A stretch of DNA of 64,000 bases, from the NCBI GenBank assembly GCA_047495785.1, contig JBLDXI010000009.1, forward strand, positions 1,426,001 to 1,490,000, in the 5' to 3' direction. The notes beneath the pieces are model-generated. The model searched no databases, was not told the origin of the DNA, and saw nothing but the letters and a program-made list of their open reading frames with translations. Shown here one piece after another: positions 1 to 12,004 of the stretch. Both the position numbers and the translations under genes were made by a program. Source of the DNA: Lepidodermella squamata. Taxonomy: Eukaryota; Animalia; Gastrotricha. The first letter of the stretch is position 1. Each line of letters begins with the position of its first letter.

Positions 1-1618
1 TTATGACTGCCCGATTCCAAGTCAACATCGTAACCGTCAGGAAGCGAAAATTTGAACCGATGAAGCATAGCTGTCATGAAAATGAAAAATTCTAATCGAG
101 CCAGTTGTTCGCCCAGGCAAACACGAGGACCAACACCGAAGGGCATGAAGTAGTTAGAATGCGACAACAACCGGCCATCAACAGGGTCGATCCAACGCTC
201 GGGTCGAAATTCGTCCGGGTCTTTCCAGTAATTCACGTCGTGATGTAGGCCCCATATGTTGTAGCTGATCATTGTATAGGGTGGTATATCGAAGCCATTT
301 AAAGTCGTTGCTTCACTTAATGATGCGTGAAATAAACCGCCGGGCGCAATTGTCACATGCCGAAAAATTTCGCACATAACAGCATCGATATAGACTAAAT
401 TATCGCGATCTTCAGGCGTCGGTAGCCGGTTAGTCTTAATCGCCCGATCTATGCTTTCGTGGCATCTCACCTGAATTTCCGGCCACTTGCACAGGTAAAG
501 GATCGCCCATGTTAGAGCACTTGCTGTTGTTTCAGTGCCGGCGCCAAACATGTCACGGATGACTGGGTAAAATATTTCCTCGGTTAAAGGGTCGTTATTC
601 GAATTTTCCTGAGCAGCGATAAATAAATCTGGAAAATCGCGAATGTTATCCGCGTTAAAATCGCGCCGGTGTTCATTTATCGCTTCGTTTAAATAATTTC
701 GTATGAGATCACAGATTGGAAGAGCATCTTTAATCTAAAACAAAAATATTGGGAAATTTCAATAAAAAAAATGAAAAATACTCACCAGAGGCGGTTGTGT
801 CAACCGACCCAAAATAGGAAAGACGAAAAACAAAGCGTTTTCGTTGAAAGGCCTCGCCGTGAGTTTGTACATGAGATTGAGTAAGAGAAGGAATTTTTCG
901 TCGTTATAATTAAACCTGAAAAAAATTGAAATTCGCAGTTGCATAAAATGAAATTAATAAGGCACCTTTTCCCAAACGCTAGCGAGCATATTACGTTAGC
1001 AACCGCGTTTGCCATTAGTCGATCGATGTCAAAAAATTCGTGTTGCAGCTCGATTTTGGAGTCGAGCTCAGCGATAAGATGATCGACTTCGTCGTGAATT
1101 TTCGCAACCATTGGCATTTTGCCCATGCCAAAGTCTCGCATAGCTTTCTGGCAAAATCGCCGCTGCTGTTGCCACAATTCGCCATTTGCAGACAGCAAGC
1201 CGTAAGGATAGCCATTAAAGCCGGGCATAAAGCATTCTGGCCGGTTGCTGAACACACGTGCCTGGGTGACAAGGGCTTCTCGAATGAGATTGGGCCCATT
1301 TATGCGGATGATACGATATTGCCCGAAGTAGAACGTAAAAATCGGCCCGTATTCGTCAGCAAGTTTAGTCAAAACGCGCCAAGGCTTTTGCTTTTTGTTA
1401 GTCCCACGGCAGAGTCCACCTTAAAAAATATCGAGTAGGGCGTTGATTAACACGCGAAATATTTCCTTACATTTTCTTAGTAAAAATCTCTTTTGTGTGC
1501 CAATAAATGGCCAGGGCAGTGGGCCAGGTGGCAAATTGTAGAGTAGCCTATCCAGGATGTATACTTGACAGCCATAAGCCAGAAAAATCAGGAAAAAAAT
1601 TAGCAAAAATATAACCAT
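1..1618 (-). CDS. Cytochrome P450, CYP2 clan; multi-exon, 3' end runs off the window start
   Basis: N-terminal TM segment plus PPGPLPWP hinge (ORF 1421-1618), WQQQRRF C-helix, AGTETT I-helix, EIFR K-helix and heme motif FGVGPRVCLGE read at about 146-110. The frame is still open at base 1. Confidence 0.93.
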
Positions 1619-2089
1619 AACCTAGAGCATCGATTTAAAAATGCATTTCATTAGTTCTGGCTATTTTGTACAAACTTACGGCCACGACAGCTCGCATGTC
1701 TTTGCTGTAATAAATGATTCGTTTGCGTCCGATGAGACATCTGTATGAGAGAAATCGATAATGACGCGCGTGCGCCTTAACGCACTCGCGTATATTAATA
1801 GTGCGCGCAAACATACGCATGTTTAATTTATTCCGCGCCTTCTGTCTCGCAGAGTGGGTAGGGCATGCGAGCTGTTATGTAGACTGTTACTTCCGCTCAC
1901 TTAATACTAACAAATAGTTATTGACAAAGGCTGTCGGGGTCACAACACCCGGCTGCTATAACCCTTAATTTCAAAGCGCGAAAATGTATAATATAGCAAA
2001 ACAATATTTTATTTAATATTTAACATGAAATAATACAACTATATCGGAAACTATGAATAGTTTAATGTTAGTGTTTTTATCACGGCAAA

Positions 2090-3768
2090 TTAAGAACGGC
2101 GCGAGCAAATGACTTCATACTGAGGAGGTGAATGAACGGCGCCTTGAACGCTGTCACGGAAATCGACCGGTTCTTTAAGGCTGAACTTGAAACGATGCAA
2201 AACCGATGTCATAACAATAAATAGTTCGACTTTGGCGAGGGCTTCACCGAGGCAGATTCTCGGACCAATGCCGAATGGGAGAAAGTTCGACGAGTGAGAC
2301 AGCAGTTTTCCGTCAGCGCCAATCCATCTATCCGGGTTGAATTTTGTCGGCTCGTCCCAGTACTTTTCATCGTAATGCAGAGCAGCGACACTGTAGACGA
2401 CAATCGAGTTGGGCGGGCAGTCATAACCGCCAATTTTCGCTGGCGTATCTAGGTTGGTATGAGTCAGAGCTCCGGGCAGAAGGCTGCAAATTCGAAGAAC
2501 TTCGCAGATGACTGCTTCAATGTAGACGAGTTGAGCCCGGTCGTTCAAGTTCGGAAGGCGATCTGTGTCAATAACGCGATCGATTTCTTCGAAGCAACGG
2601 TCCTGAATTTCAGGAAAAGTCGAGAGATAGAGCAAGGCCCAGCTCATTGTTGTCGAAGTGGTCTCTGTTCCGGCGATGAACATGTCGGCCATAAGCAGGC
2701 CGTACTCATCCAGAGTCATCGCGTCGTCGGTTTTCTCAGCCTGAATGAACAAATCAGGGAAGTCTCTAATAGCATCGGGCGCGAAGTCTTTGCGGTGGTC
2801 TTCGACCGCTTCCCCCAACATTTTCGTCGTCAGTTGTTGAATTCCGATCCAGATTATCGAAACTTTCGATCGTAAAAAGAATCGCAAAGCCGGAAAAGCG
2901 AAGAAGGGGGCATTGCGGCGGTAGGAAAGAGTCGTCAATGTCTCGATTTGGCCCAATAAGTCGCGGAATTGCGAGTCATCATAGTTGAATCTGAAGCGAA
3001 AAAGAATCATATTTAGATTAAGAAATCGCCTAAAAATGACAATTTTTACCGTTTTCCGAAGACCATGGAACAGATGACGTTCGATACAGCGTTGGAGAAG
3101 ATACGCCTGGCGTTAAACGGTTTGCCATCGGTGCGTTTGTCAATTTCAGCTATCAAATGGTGCACCTCATCGTGGATATGGTGGATCATGCGATCTTTGC
3201 CCATGCCGAAGTCTCGCATGCCGCGCATTCCGAAGCGGCGCCTCTGACGCCACTCGTCGTGGTTCGCCATTACTACGCCGGCCGGCATTTCGAACCCGGG
3301 CAACATTTGGTCAATGCGCCAGCTGAACGTTTTCGCATCATTGACGAGCGTCTCTTGAATCAAGGCCTTGTCGGTTAAGATGAAAGCTCGATATTGGCCG
3401 AGGTAAAACGTGAAGACAGAGCCATATTCCCTGCCAAGTTCGACGTATTTCTGCCAGCCTTTCTTCTTGTCCTTACCAGGCAGGAGAAGCGGAATATTGC
3501 CGAGGAAGGGATACGGAGTTGGACCTGGAGCAATTCGGTAGAAGAGCTTGTCGCGGATGTAAAACATCCAGCCGTGGACGAAGAATAGAACAATTGCTGT
3601 CGCAATCCAGCCTAGGTAGCTCATTTGAAAGAGGTAGCCCAGTATCAGGTTGCTAGGCCCGCTTGGAATTGACGAGTTGTTGCTCGACATAGCTAGCGTG
3701 TCTACTGAGGTAGATACCGGAGAGCAAGTGGTAGAATTAACAGACTGTAATAAATTTGCACAGCTCAT
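2090..3768 (-). CDS. Cytochrome P450, CYP2 clan; tandem paralogue with 2 exons
   Basis: APGPTPYP hinge, WRQRRRF, AGTETT, EVLR, FNPDRW and FGIGPRICLGE. One short intron joins FGKR|FNYDD near 3000-3050. Start ATG uncertain because of an N-terminal extension. Confidence 0.95.
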
Positions 3769-4775
3769 TTTTTTGTATTAGTTAGCGCTCGCAAAAAACT
3801 GTCGCAGTTTTGGGTGATTTGAAAAATATCGGGCTAGGGCCTCATTTAAGTATAACCGGTGCAATCGCAGTCGTGCTGTTCCGCCGCGCCAGAAGATAAA
3901 TTCATCACGCCGCCTCTGGTTTTTGCGTAGGTTGCCGCTGATGAAAGCCGCCAGTCGTGTCTTGGCGGATCGCCGTCATTCGAGATGATAAGATAAAATA
4001 ACTGAATTTCGTTCATAAACAGTCTGAAATGCGTAAAAAACTGGCGTGGTAACTTTGTATCAACACCTGTCCCCGTGAAGCTTGTAAACTGCACCGAAAG
4101 TAGACGGGGCTTTAGGCTATGTAAATTTTAAGTGATTCTTGTAATGTACCACATTTTTTACTCCAGCATGAACACGTTTTTCCAAATTATCCGAAACTGG
4201 TGTGTCATATCAGCACCTTCTCAGAACAACAATGGGCGTAATTTAGGTTATATGTGTTATCCTCATAATAAAATTAATCAACGTCCGGGGTCCGTGCAAA
4301 AACAGCACGCCTAATTAGAGAAAAAGGCGGGGAATAAATTCCATATCAGCATTGCACGGGAATGGTGGAATTAAGGCTATGTACATTTTTAGTAAAATCC
4401 CATTTGTACCCAGATCTAGGGCAAGTTGACATTTCATCTCATTTTTTGGCAATTGAAGATGCGTTTTGGTTGAAAATTTTCAGTATTCTTTGCTCTTTTT
4501 ATTTTGAAATATCAAAATCGAAGCTCATGTTCGGAAATAAATTCAAGTTCTATATTACCTACCTTATAATGATCGAACAATAAAACTGAATTGACGAGGA
4601 AGTCTTCAGGAGCTGTGACCATTTTTCGAAAAGATCAATATAATTTCCATTCATGTAACACGATTCTCTTATCTTCCAGGCAGCAGAGGAAGAAGAGATA
4701 ACATCAGAAACAGGCATAAGGTTTTATCGAGGACTGCAGATGTCGTGTTTATGAGATATCCTAAGCTGAATACTG

Positions 4776-7057
4776 ATGCTGGAAACTAACAGATACAGTT
4801 TTAGACGTTACCTCCCAGCGGCTATAATTTTATTGATAGCTGCGTACCAAGCTCTTTTCAAGGGAACTCTCGGCTCGAGTGATGGCTTCGGAGCTTGGGA
4901 TGCCGTCGTAAGGCTGGTCTATCTATTTACCGCCTTGTTTTGCTTCATTCTATCAGCAATCATCTTTCGATTGGCTTTCCACCCGATTTCCCGGCTTCAT
5001 AATGCTTCAACAGCCCTACTACACTATACAGATAATGTTTTGATGTATGCCGCAGGCTTGATCGCTAGGAGAGATGCTGTTCGAGCGACAGAGAACGTAC
5101 GTAAGACTCAGGAAAAAGTGGTAGCTTGGCTGATCAACGAGAATAAGGACACTGAATTCGGCAGAAAAATGAACTTCGCATCAGTTAAAACTCGAGAGGA
5201 CTATCGAGAAAAGGTGCCTCTATCAACCTACGGTGACTACAAATCGTACATAGATCGTCTTGAATCAGGTTAAACTGATAAACCCTTTAGGAAAAAATAA
5301 CAATAAGGTTTAAATTTATAGGAGAGAATAATCTTCTTACTAAGGCCCCTGTTCTAAAATTTGGAGTTTCATCTGGGACGACAGGAAATTGCAAACTTCT
5401 GCCGTGTACAAAGTATCAGCCTATAAATTTTCTCTGGTAGATAACAAAGCCGATTCACTTTATCATCATCTAACAATAATTTTTTGAAATAGGGGCTTCG
5501 TGTTACCAACCTTCTACCGAGATTATCATCGTCCCAATCCACCTTTGAAAAATTTCGAATTAACGTTCACGCCGAAATGGAGATATTCCAAAGCTGGCCT
5601 GCTGATTGGGCCCGTAACTGGGAACCCTGGAAAGCCGCCGCTTTTTCTCACCTTGAGCCGAGCAACGCCAGCTAATGCTATTGATTTCATGCCAGAACCT
5701 GCTCAACTGTAATAATATTCGTAAATTATCAGAATTTAAAATTTTTAAAGTCCAGAAATTGATAGTTACATCCACTGCTTTTACGGGCTCTACGATCCTG
5801 ATTTGATAAGTCTAGCAACTCCTTTCGGCGGTGCTATGTTAGCGCTGCTGGATTTTTTGAAGAGCAACTGGGAGCTGCTGGTCGAAGACATACGGCTGGG
5901 CAGAATCAGCAATCATCACGGCATACCACCTGAAATATATCAACGAATTCTCAAGGCAGATCGCGATATCAAGCCAGATCCGATTCGAGCCGTGATCATC
6001 GAAAAAGAATGCTCGAACGGTTTCGAAGGTATTGTGAAAAGACTTTGGCCGAGAATAGGTTAGAAATTGTCAGCTTGGATCTTTTAATGAGTCTAAAAAT
6101 GAGAAATGTTTCAGAAAATGTGTTCACGGTCGTGACCGGTTCACATGCGATTTACAGAGATCGGCTGAGATACTATCTCGGCCAAAACATCCGGCTACTT
6201 TCGCCTGTTTACGGCGCGAGTGAAGCTCAAGTAGCTGTTAGCATGGACGAAAAGCAAGACAGCGACTTCACTTATACGATATTACCTACCTGGACCTACT
6301 TTGAGCTGATACCCGAGGAAGAGATGGCCTCCGAAAAGCCTAAAACTATCTTTCTAGAGCAAGCCGAACTTGGAAAGCGCTACGAGTTGGTTGTCACGTC
6401 ATTTACTGGGTTCTATCGCTACCGGTTAGGCGACATTGTAAAAGTTGTTGACTACTACAACCAGTCGCCTGTGATTGACTTTGTCTCTCGAACTGGAGCA
6501 ATACTGGACGTCAGAGGAGAAAAAACTACAGAGGCGAGCTTTATTACAAAAATTCTTTAATCATTATAGATTGTTGATTTTTACAGGATATGGTTATGGC
6601 TGCGATGAAAGATACCAAATGGCCGGACGGGGATTCCGTCTTAGATTTCACGACAACAGACTGCATTTCGATGGAGACTGCTTGTCCGGATAAAGTCGTT
6701 CACGGAGAAGGTCTCTACTACGTCGTGATTGTGGAGTTGGCAAAGTTGACACGAGCTTTGACCAGCGAAGAATCAGATGCCTTCGATCGAGCTTTATGTG
6801 AGCTTAGCTACCCTTACAAGTCTCTGAGGGCAAAGAACGCTATTCGCAAGCCAAAGGTATTCAACTTGTGACGATACAACTCGGTTTCGAATCTTCCCAT
6901 TTTCCAGGTACTAGCAGTTCAGCGGGGTGCCTTTGAAGAATTGAAGTCGTTCGTGCTTCATCGGAACAATGCCGTCAGTTTACAGTACAAAACGCCGCAT
7001 CATACAACAAATGGCGAGATTTTGCGCCTTCTCTCCAACCTTGCCTACCCAAGTTAG
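4776..7057 (+). CDS. GH3-domain protein (GHDC-like, ANL adenylating superfamily) with N-terminal hydrophobic segments; multi-exon
   Basis: NKDTEFGR...VPLSTYGDYKSYIDR, SSGTTGNCK (exon starting about 5322), YGASE and YRYRLGD are the GH3 motifs. Stop TAG at 7055-7057; start uncertain. Confidence 0.88.
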
Positions 7058-7210
7058 CAAGGCTTCAAAATCAGCAAACTATCTTGACCTTTATTCTTTT
7101 ACTTAAATAAAATGTGTTATTATACTTTTCCATCTCGTGTAGCTCTTCAGTTACTAGTAAATAAACTTCAAGTATTAGGAAAGTCCAATAAATCAAGTTG
7201 CTTCAAGCGT

Positions 7211-7994
7211 TCAAGGTAGCACCGCCTTAACAAGAAAGGTTCCGGCGACCAGCATGGTAATACTGCTTGACTGTAAGATGAATGCTGAACTCGTGAATTT
7301 CCGAATTTCGTGCTTGAAAACTTGGCTCCATTGAAAGGGCGTCACTTGTAAACCCCGACCTTTTATCCAATCGAAATTGCCGCCTGCGAGTTCTGCCGTA
7401 GCGTTGGTCACCAGAGCTTGAAAAGCTTCCATAGTCCAATCGGACTGGGGTTTGAATAGATTTGTATCGTTTGCAAACGTGAACGGCGTAACGTATTCTA
7501 CCGCCGTTCCAGTTTTCGGCATGATATCGTCCTGTCTATAGCCTGAAACTACCGTACCCATAGACTTTTGATCCCCGCCAATCGTTTGGTAAAACGCCAA
7601 TAACTATTCGATAGGTAAAGATTATCCTAATCTGGGAAGTAGTTCAGAACTTACCAGTACCGTGATTGACTTGGACAACTGAGCGTAATCGTCAGAGCTA
7701 GGATTGCTGAGTAAGCTGCTCGGCCAATAGACATCATTTTTCGGTATTGCTGGCGATTTGTTGGCTAAAAGTATCGTGCCATTGATGTGAAGGGTTCCAT
7801 AAGCTTTAGGAATAATTTTAAAAATTCAGAAAGGAATTTTAGAGGAATTTAAAAATACCTGTATATTGTCGGCCGGCCAACTTGTATACCGTGCTTGTAA
7901 CCGCTGCTACAATTTCAGAACTTTCAACCCGGTTGATGTTGCAGAGCAGGCCCAACAGTGCCAAAACGTGTAACACAATATTCAGCGCAGACAT
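7211..7994 (-). CDS. Secreted, probably GPI-anchored SEA-like protein, paralogue 1 (3 exons)
   Basis: Spliced translation MSALNIVLHVLALLGLLC... (signal peptide), YGTLHING...YWPSSLLSNPSSDDYAQL...LLAFY, PFQWSQV and a hydrophobic C-terminus. Confidence 0.75.
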
Positions 7995-8205
7995 GTCAGG
8001 GCGTTTTCACTCGTTAAAAATGTCAAACAGGAGATCTACTTTCCGATAACACAATGTTTATTTTCAATCACTTCTACTGCGAGAAAACAAACACAATTTG
8101 TTGGATGAAAAAATTAACAACTGAATGAAAAAATACGAAATTTATAACACTGAACATTTAGGAAAAAAATGGGGGAAAAAATCCTTATAAGAATAAGAGC
8201 AGCAG

Positions 8206-9056
8206 TTAGTACGAGTTGGCGATGATCATCATAGTGATTGTCGAGAAAACAGCCAGAGGTGATGGCAGCAGCGAATTAGCGGCTGAGAACGACGTGACAA
8301 TTGTTGCCGTGACCTGGTTCCACTCGAATGGCTGCACGAAGCCGCTTGCCAGATCAGCTTTAATAGCCCCAAGTGCCAATTGAGAGGTCGCATTGTTGAT
8401 CATAGCTTGGACCATCGGCAGCGTGTAGTTGTTCTTGTTGCGCTCCAACATGAGCATGTTGGTTATGTTCATGAAGCGAAACGTTGCCGAGAAGTCAATC
8501 GCTGTTTCATTGGCATCGCTGCCCATTCGGAACTGATTGATGTTAATGGTTGTCCAGATGTCGTTGCAGCCCAACAGCTTGAAAACGCTTTTCAACTAGC
8601 GATGAAATGTCATTGCTCAGATCAAAAAACTTATATAAGTATATTAAACTTGCCATTGTAATAACAGAACCGGTCAGCTCTGGGTTCCCCTGGGCGTTAG
8701 GGCTGCTGAGTAAACTATTAGGCCAATATGGCGTGTCCTTAGTTGGAACTGGCCCGACAAGGGTTTGGGTAGGCAGCTTGAACTGGGGTTTCACATACAT
8801 CGTAGCATTTGCTGTATATTAAGTAACTTCGTCATTCCCTCAGAAATCAAAATATATAAAAACTCACCTTTGTATTGGGTTCCAATTACAGCATCCCAAA
8901 AGGCATTTACCACCGAATCAAATAGCCCTGCCATGATTATAATTAAATGAATTCGGATTTCTCTATAACGAATAAGATCATCTAACCGGCTTCGGCCTGA
9001 TTGGTGATGCCGTCGAGGGCCAATACTATGAATACCAGCAAAACAGCTTTGGCCAT
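8206..9056 (-). CDS. Secreted, probably GPI-anchored SEA-like protein, paralogue 2 (4 exons, one GC-AG intron)
   Basis: Signal exon MAKAVLLVFIVLALDGITNQAEA from 9056, YWPNSLLSSP, PFEWNQV and a hydrophobic C-tail. Intron phases match the neighbouring paralogues. Confidence 0.72.
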
Positions 9057-9178
9057 AGCTTGGAATTTTTCTAGACTCGTAGAATGATTTCACCTTTCAA
9101 TCGGATTAAAACTGCGCAAAGTATGATTTTCGCTTTTTTTTATTAATATTATACCTCCAAAGGCTGAGTTTTATTTGC

Positions 9179-10115
9179 TCAACATTTAATTAAAACGGAG
9201 TCCCCGGAAGAAGAAAATAACATGGCGAATGACGAAGCAATAATTGCAAGCAGTAAAACAAGCGCGTAGGAGCGTACTGCGGATTCTGTGTTTGGTTAAA
9301 AACAACGATGATGAGTAAAAAAATCGAAAATCCTTCCAGAGAAAGAACTTACCACCCCCAGAGAATGACCGTATCTCGTGCCTTACGACTTGCCGCCACT
9401 TGAAAGGTGGAACGTAATTAGTCGAATTCCCCAGGTCGTTTCGAAGGGTGCAAATCGCAGCTGTTTGAAGGTCAATTAGTCGCTGGAAGGTTTCTCGATT
9501 TAAAGATTCGTTCGCTTTCAAGTCGAAATTGATCCTGGTAACAGCCAACGAAGGACTTTTTCGGTCGAATGCAACCATATAGTCGATATCAGTTGCTGTC
9601 GAAAAATTGGTACAAGGCCGGTAGCCCAAGATCGATATACCAGGGTTCGAAATTCCTGTTGCCATGTAAAATCTCAACAACTAGGCCAAACGGAAATTAC
9701 AATTTTATCTCTCTAATATTGACCAATGCGGGAATTCACCATGGCGTGTAGAGAAATTGAGACGTTGGTAAACGCAGGGCTGCCTGGGAAGCCCAAGCTG
9801 TTGGGCCAATAAACGCCATCGATTGGCAAAACGATCGACCCATTTGACTGATAAATAGTTCCATTAACATGAAGCGTTGCTTGTACTGCGGTTTCAATAG
9901 TACGTGATTACGTCAATTAATTGCTGATTTACCTGTATATTTTGCCCATCCTACAGCGCCGCCTAAAACGTTGGACACGATGTCGAGGAGATCTAACAAA
10001 AAATCGATAATTTTAAATTGGTCTTCTTTGTTCGTTTTTTTTTACCGGCAGCGCATCTTGTTTGCAAAGCCAAAAAAGCCAAAACAAACAGTAAAGCGGC
10101 TTTGTTTGATTTCAT
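9179..10115 (-). CDS. Secreted, probably GPI-anchored SEA-like protein, paralogue 3 (5 exons)
   Basis: Signal exon MKSNKAALLFVLAFLALQTRCAA, ATLHVNGT...YWPNSLGFP, LLRFY, PFKWRQVVRHEIR, and a last exon ESAVRSYALVLLLAIIASSFAMLF. Confidence 0.72.
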
Positions 10116-10561
10116 TTTACAATAGTAAACACAGGTATAGGGAGTCTCCGCGAGGCAAGGTGAGGATCCACCTGCGGGATTTTAATTGCCACAGGTGGTG
10201 AGTCCTGTGTTACCGAACAAATTTTTTATTACATGTTGCTTTTTTATTTCACAAGCCTTGCTGCATAAATAATTTCGCAGCAGGTGCAAAGTCGCTTTCA
10301 CGCCTCGGATAGGATCGGATTCGATGTAAATGAATGTTAAATTTACAATGTGTCCTGATTGGCGACAGTAAATTGTTGATGGTGATCAGTTCCTTTGAAG
10401 TCCAAGAATTCAAATCCTTATCCGTTTTTGTATAATGCCGTTAAACACCTACGAAGTTAAGGATAGTCCGATATGAAGGGACGCACGCGCGACCAAGTTT
10501 ATCGGCGGAAACTGTTATCAACAAAGCCGCGATAAAAAGTAGCCGCTCTCAGGAATAATTA

Positions 10562-10571
10562 CCAAATAAGG
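10562..10571 (+). promoter_or_regulatory. CArG box (SRF site)
   Basis: CCAAATAAGG matches CC(A/T)6GG, about 90 nt upstream of the actin-like ATG. Confidence 0.6.
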
Positions 10572-10661
10572 TCATTTCACGTGTATGCATCATGAGCGAT
10601 TATTAATCGTAAAACCCACCCACTTAAAATAATTCCAACGTTTCAGCTTTTGGCAAAAAAA

Positions 10662-11842
10662 ATGGCGGAAGAAGTGGTTACAGTAGTAATAGACAACGGC
10701 AGTGGTACGTGCAAAGCCGGTTTCGGCGGCGAGGACATGCCGCAGGCCGTATTCCCGTCCATCGTCGGCCGGCCGACGCAGAAGGACGTCATGGTTGGCA
10801 TGACGCTCCGTGACTGCTACATCGGCGATGAGGCGCAGGAGAAGCGCGGCATTCTCGCCATTAGCTACCCGATTTCGCGCGGCGTAGTCACTAATTGGGA
10901 CGATCTGGAAAAAATATGGCACCACGCCTTCTATCACGAACTTCGCGTCGAACCTGAGGAACACCCTACACTCCTAACTGGTATGCCGTAAATTAATTAC
11001 CCGAAATTAATTTTAAATATCGGCCTTTTTTAGAAGCGCCCATGAACCCGAAAGACAATCGAGAAAAAATGACGCAGATCATATTTGAAAGCTTTAAAGT
11101 TCCCGCTATGTTCATCTCTTGTACCGCTGTTCTGTCGATTTATGCTTCAGGACGTACGACGGGCATTGTCTTAGATTCAGGGGACGGTCTTAGTCACATT
11201 TACCCGATTTATGATGGGTATGCGTTACAGCACGCGGTAACTCGAGTCGAATATGCCGGTCAAACTCTGACCGACCACCTGGTCAGGTTGATGACTGAAC
11301 GCGGTTTTTCCTATACTACGTCAGCCGAACGTGAGATGGTGCGAGATGTTAAGGAACAGATGTGTTACGTTGCTGAGGATTACGAGGCTGAACTTCTTAG
11401 GGCACAAAACGAACCGGGAGAAGTCGAGAAAACAATCGAGATGCCGAATGGAGAGATTGTAACCATCGGGAACGAGAGATTTCGATGCCCGGAAATACTG
11501 TTCCAGCCCCACATGATCGGCATGGAATCGCCCGGGCTACATACGGCAACGTTTCAGTCGATTAAAAAGAGTGATGTTGACATCAGGAAGGAGCTGGCGA
11601 ACAATATTGTGCTATCTGGGGGTACAACGCTGCTGCCGGGTCTTGAAGCACGTCTCAGGAAAGAAATCTCCGCTCTAGCCCCAGCGTCGATGAATGTTAG
11701 GGTTTTAGCGCCGGACGAGCGACGCTATTCCGTATGGATTGGCGGTTCGATTTTGGCTTCGTTAAATTCCTTCCAGCAAATGTTGATCACAAAAAGCGAG
11801 TACGACGAAGTAGGCGCCGGAATCGTTCACAGGAAATGTTGA
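10662..11842 (+). CDS. Divergent actin (actin-like), 2 exons
   Basis: [35 protein letters not shown] and IVHRKC. Intron at about 10982-11033 joins LLT|EAPMNPK. Many substitutions relative to conventional actin. Confidence 0.93.
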
Positions 11843-12004
11843 TCATTTTCGAAATTTGGAGCCATTATATTGACCAAGCAAATAAACAAAAAAAATTACT
11901 TGAAAAACCAAATTTTTTATTTCTGAAATCAAATGCAACAAGATTTTGATAGAATTCGTTCACTGTTATAGAATAAAAAATATATAATTTTGACATAATC
12001 GCTC

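Noticed and set aside
4100-4700. Possible transposon remnants (also near 24200-24480 and 37400-37850)
   Set aside because: I could not define terminal inverted repeats or target-site duplications.
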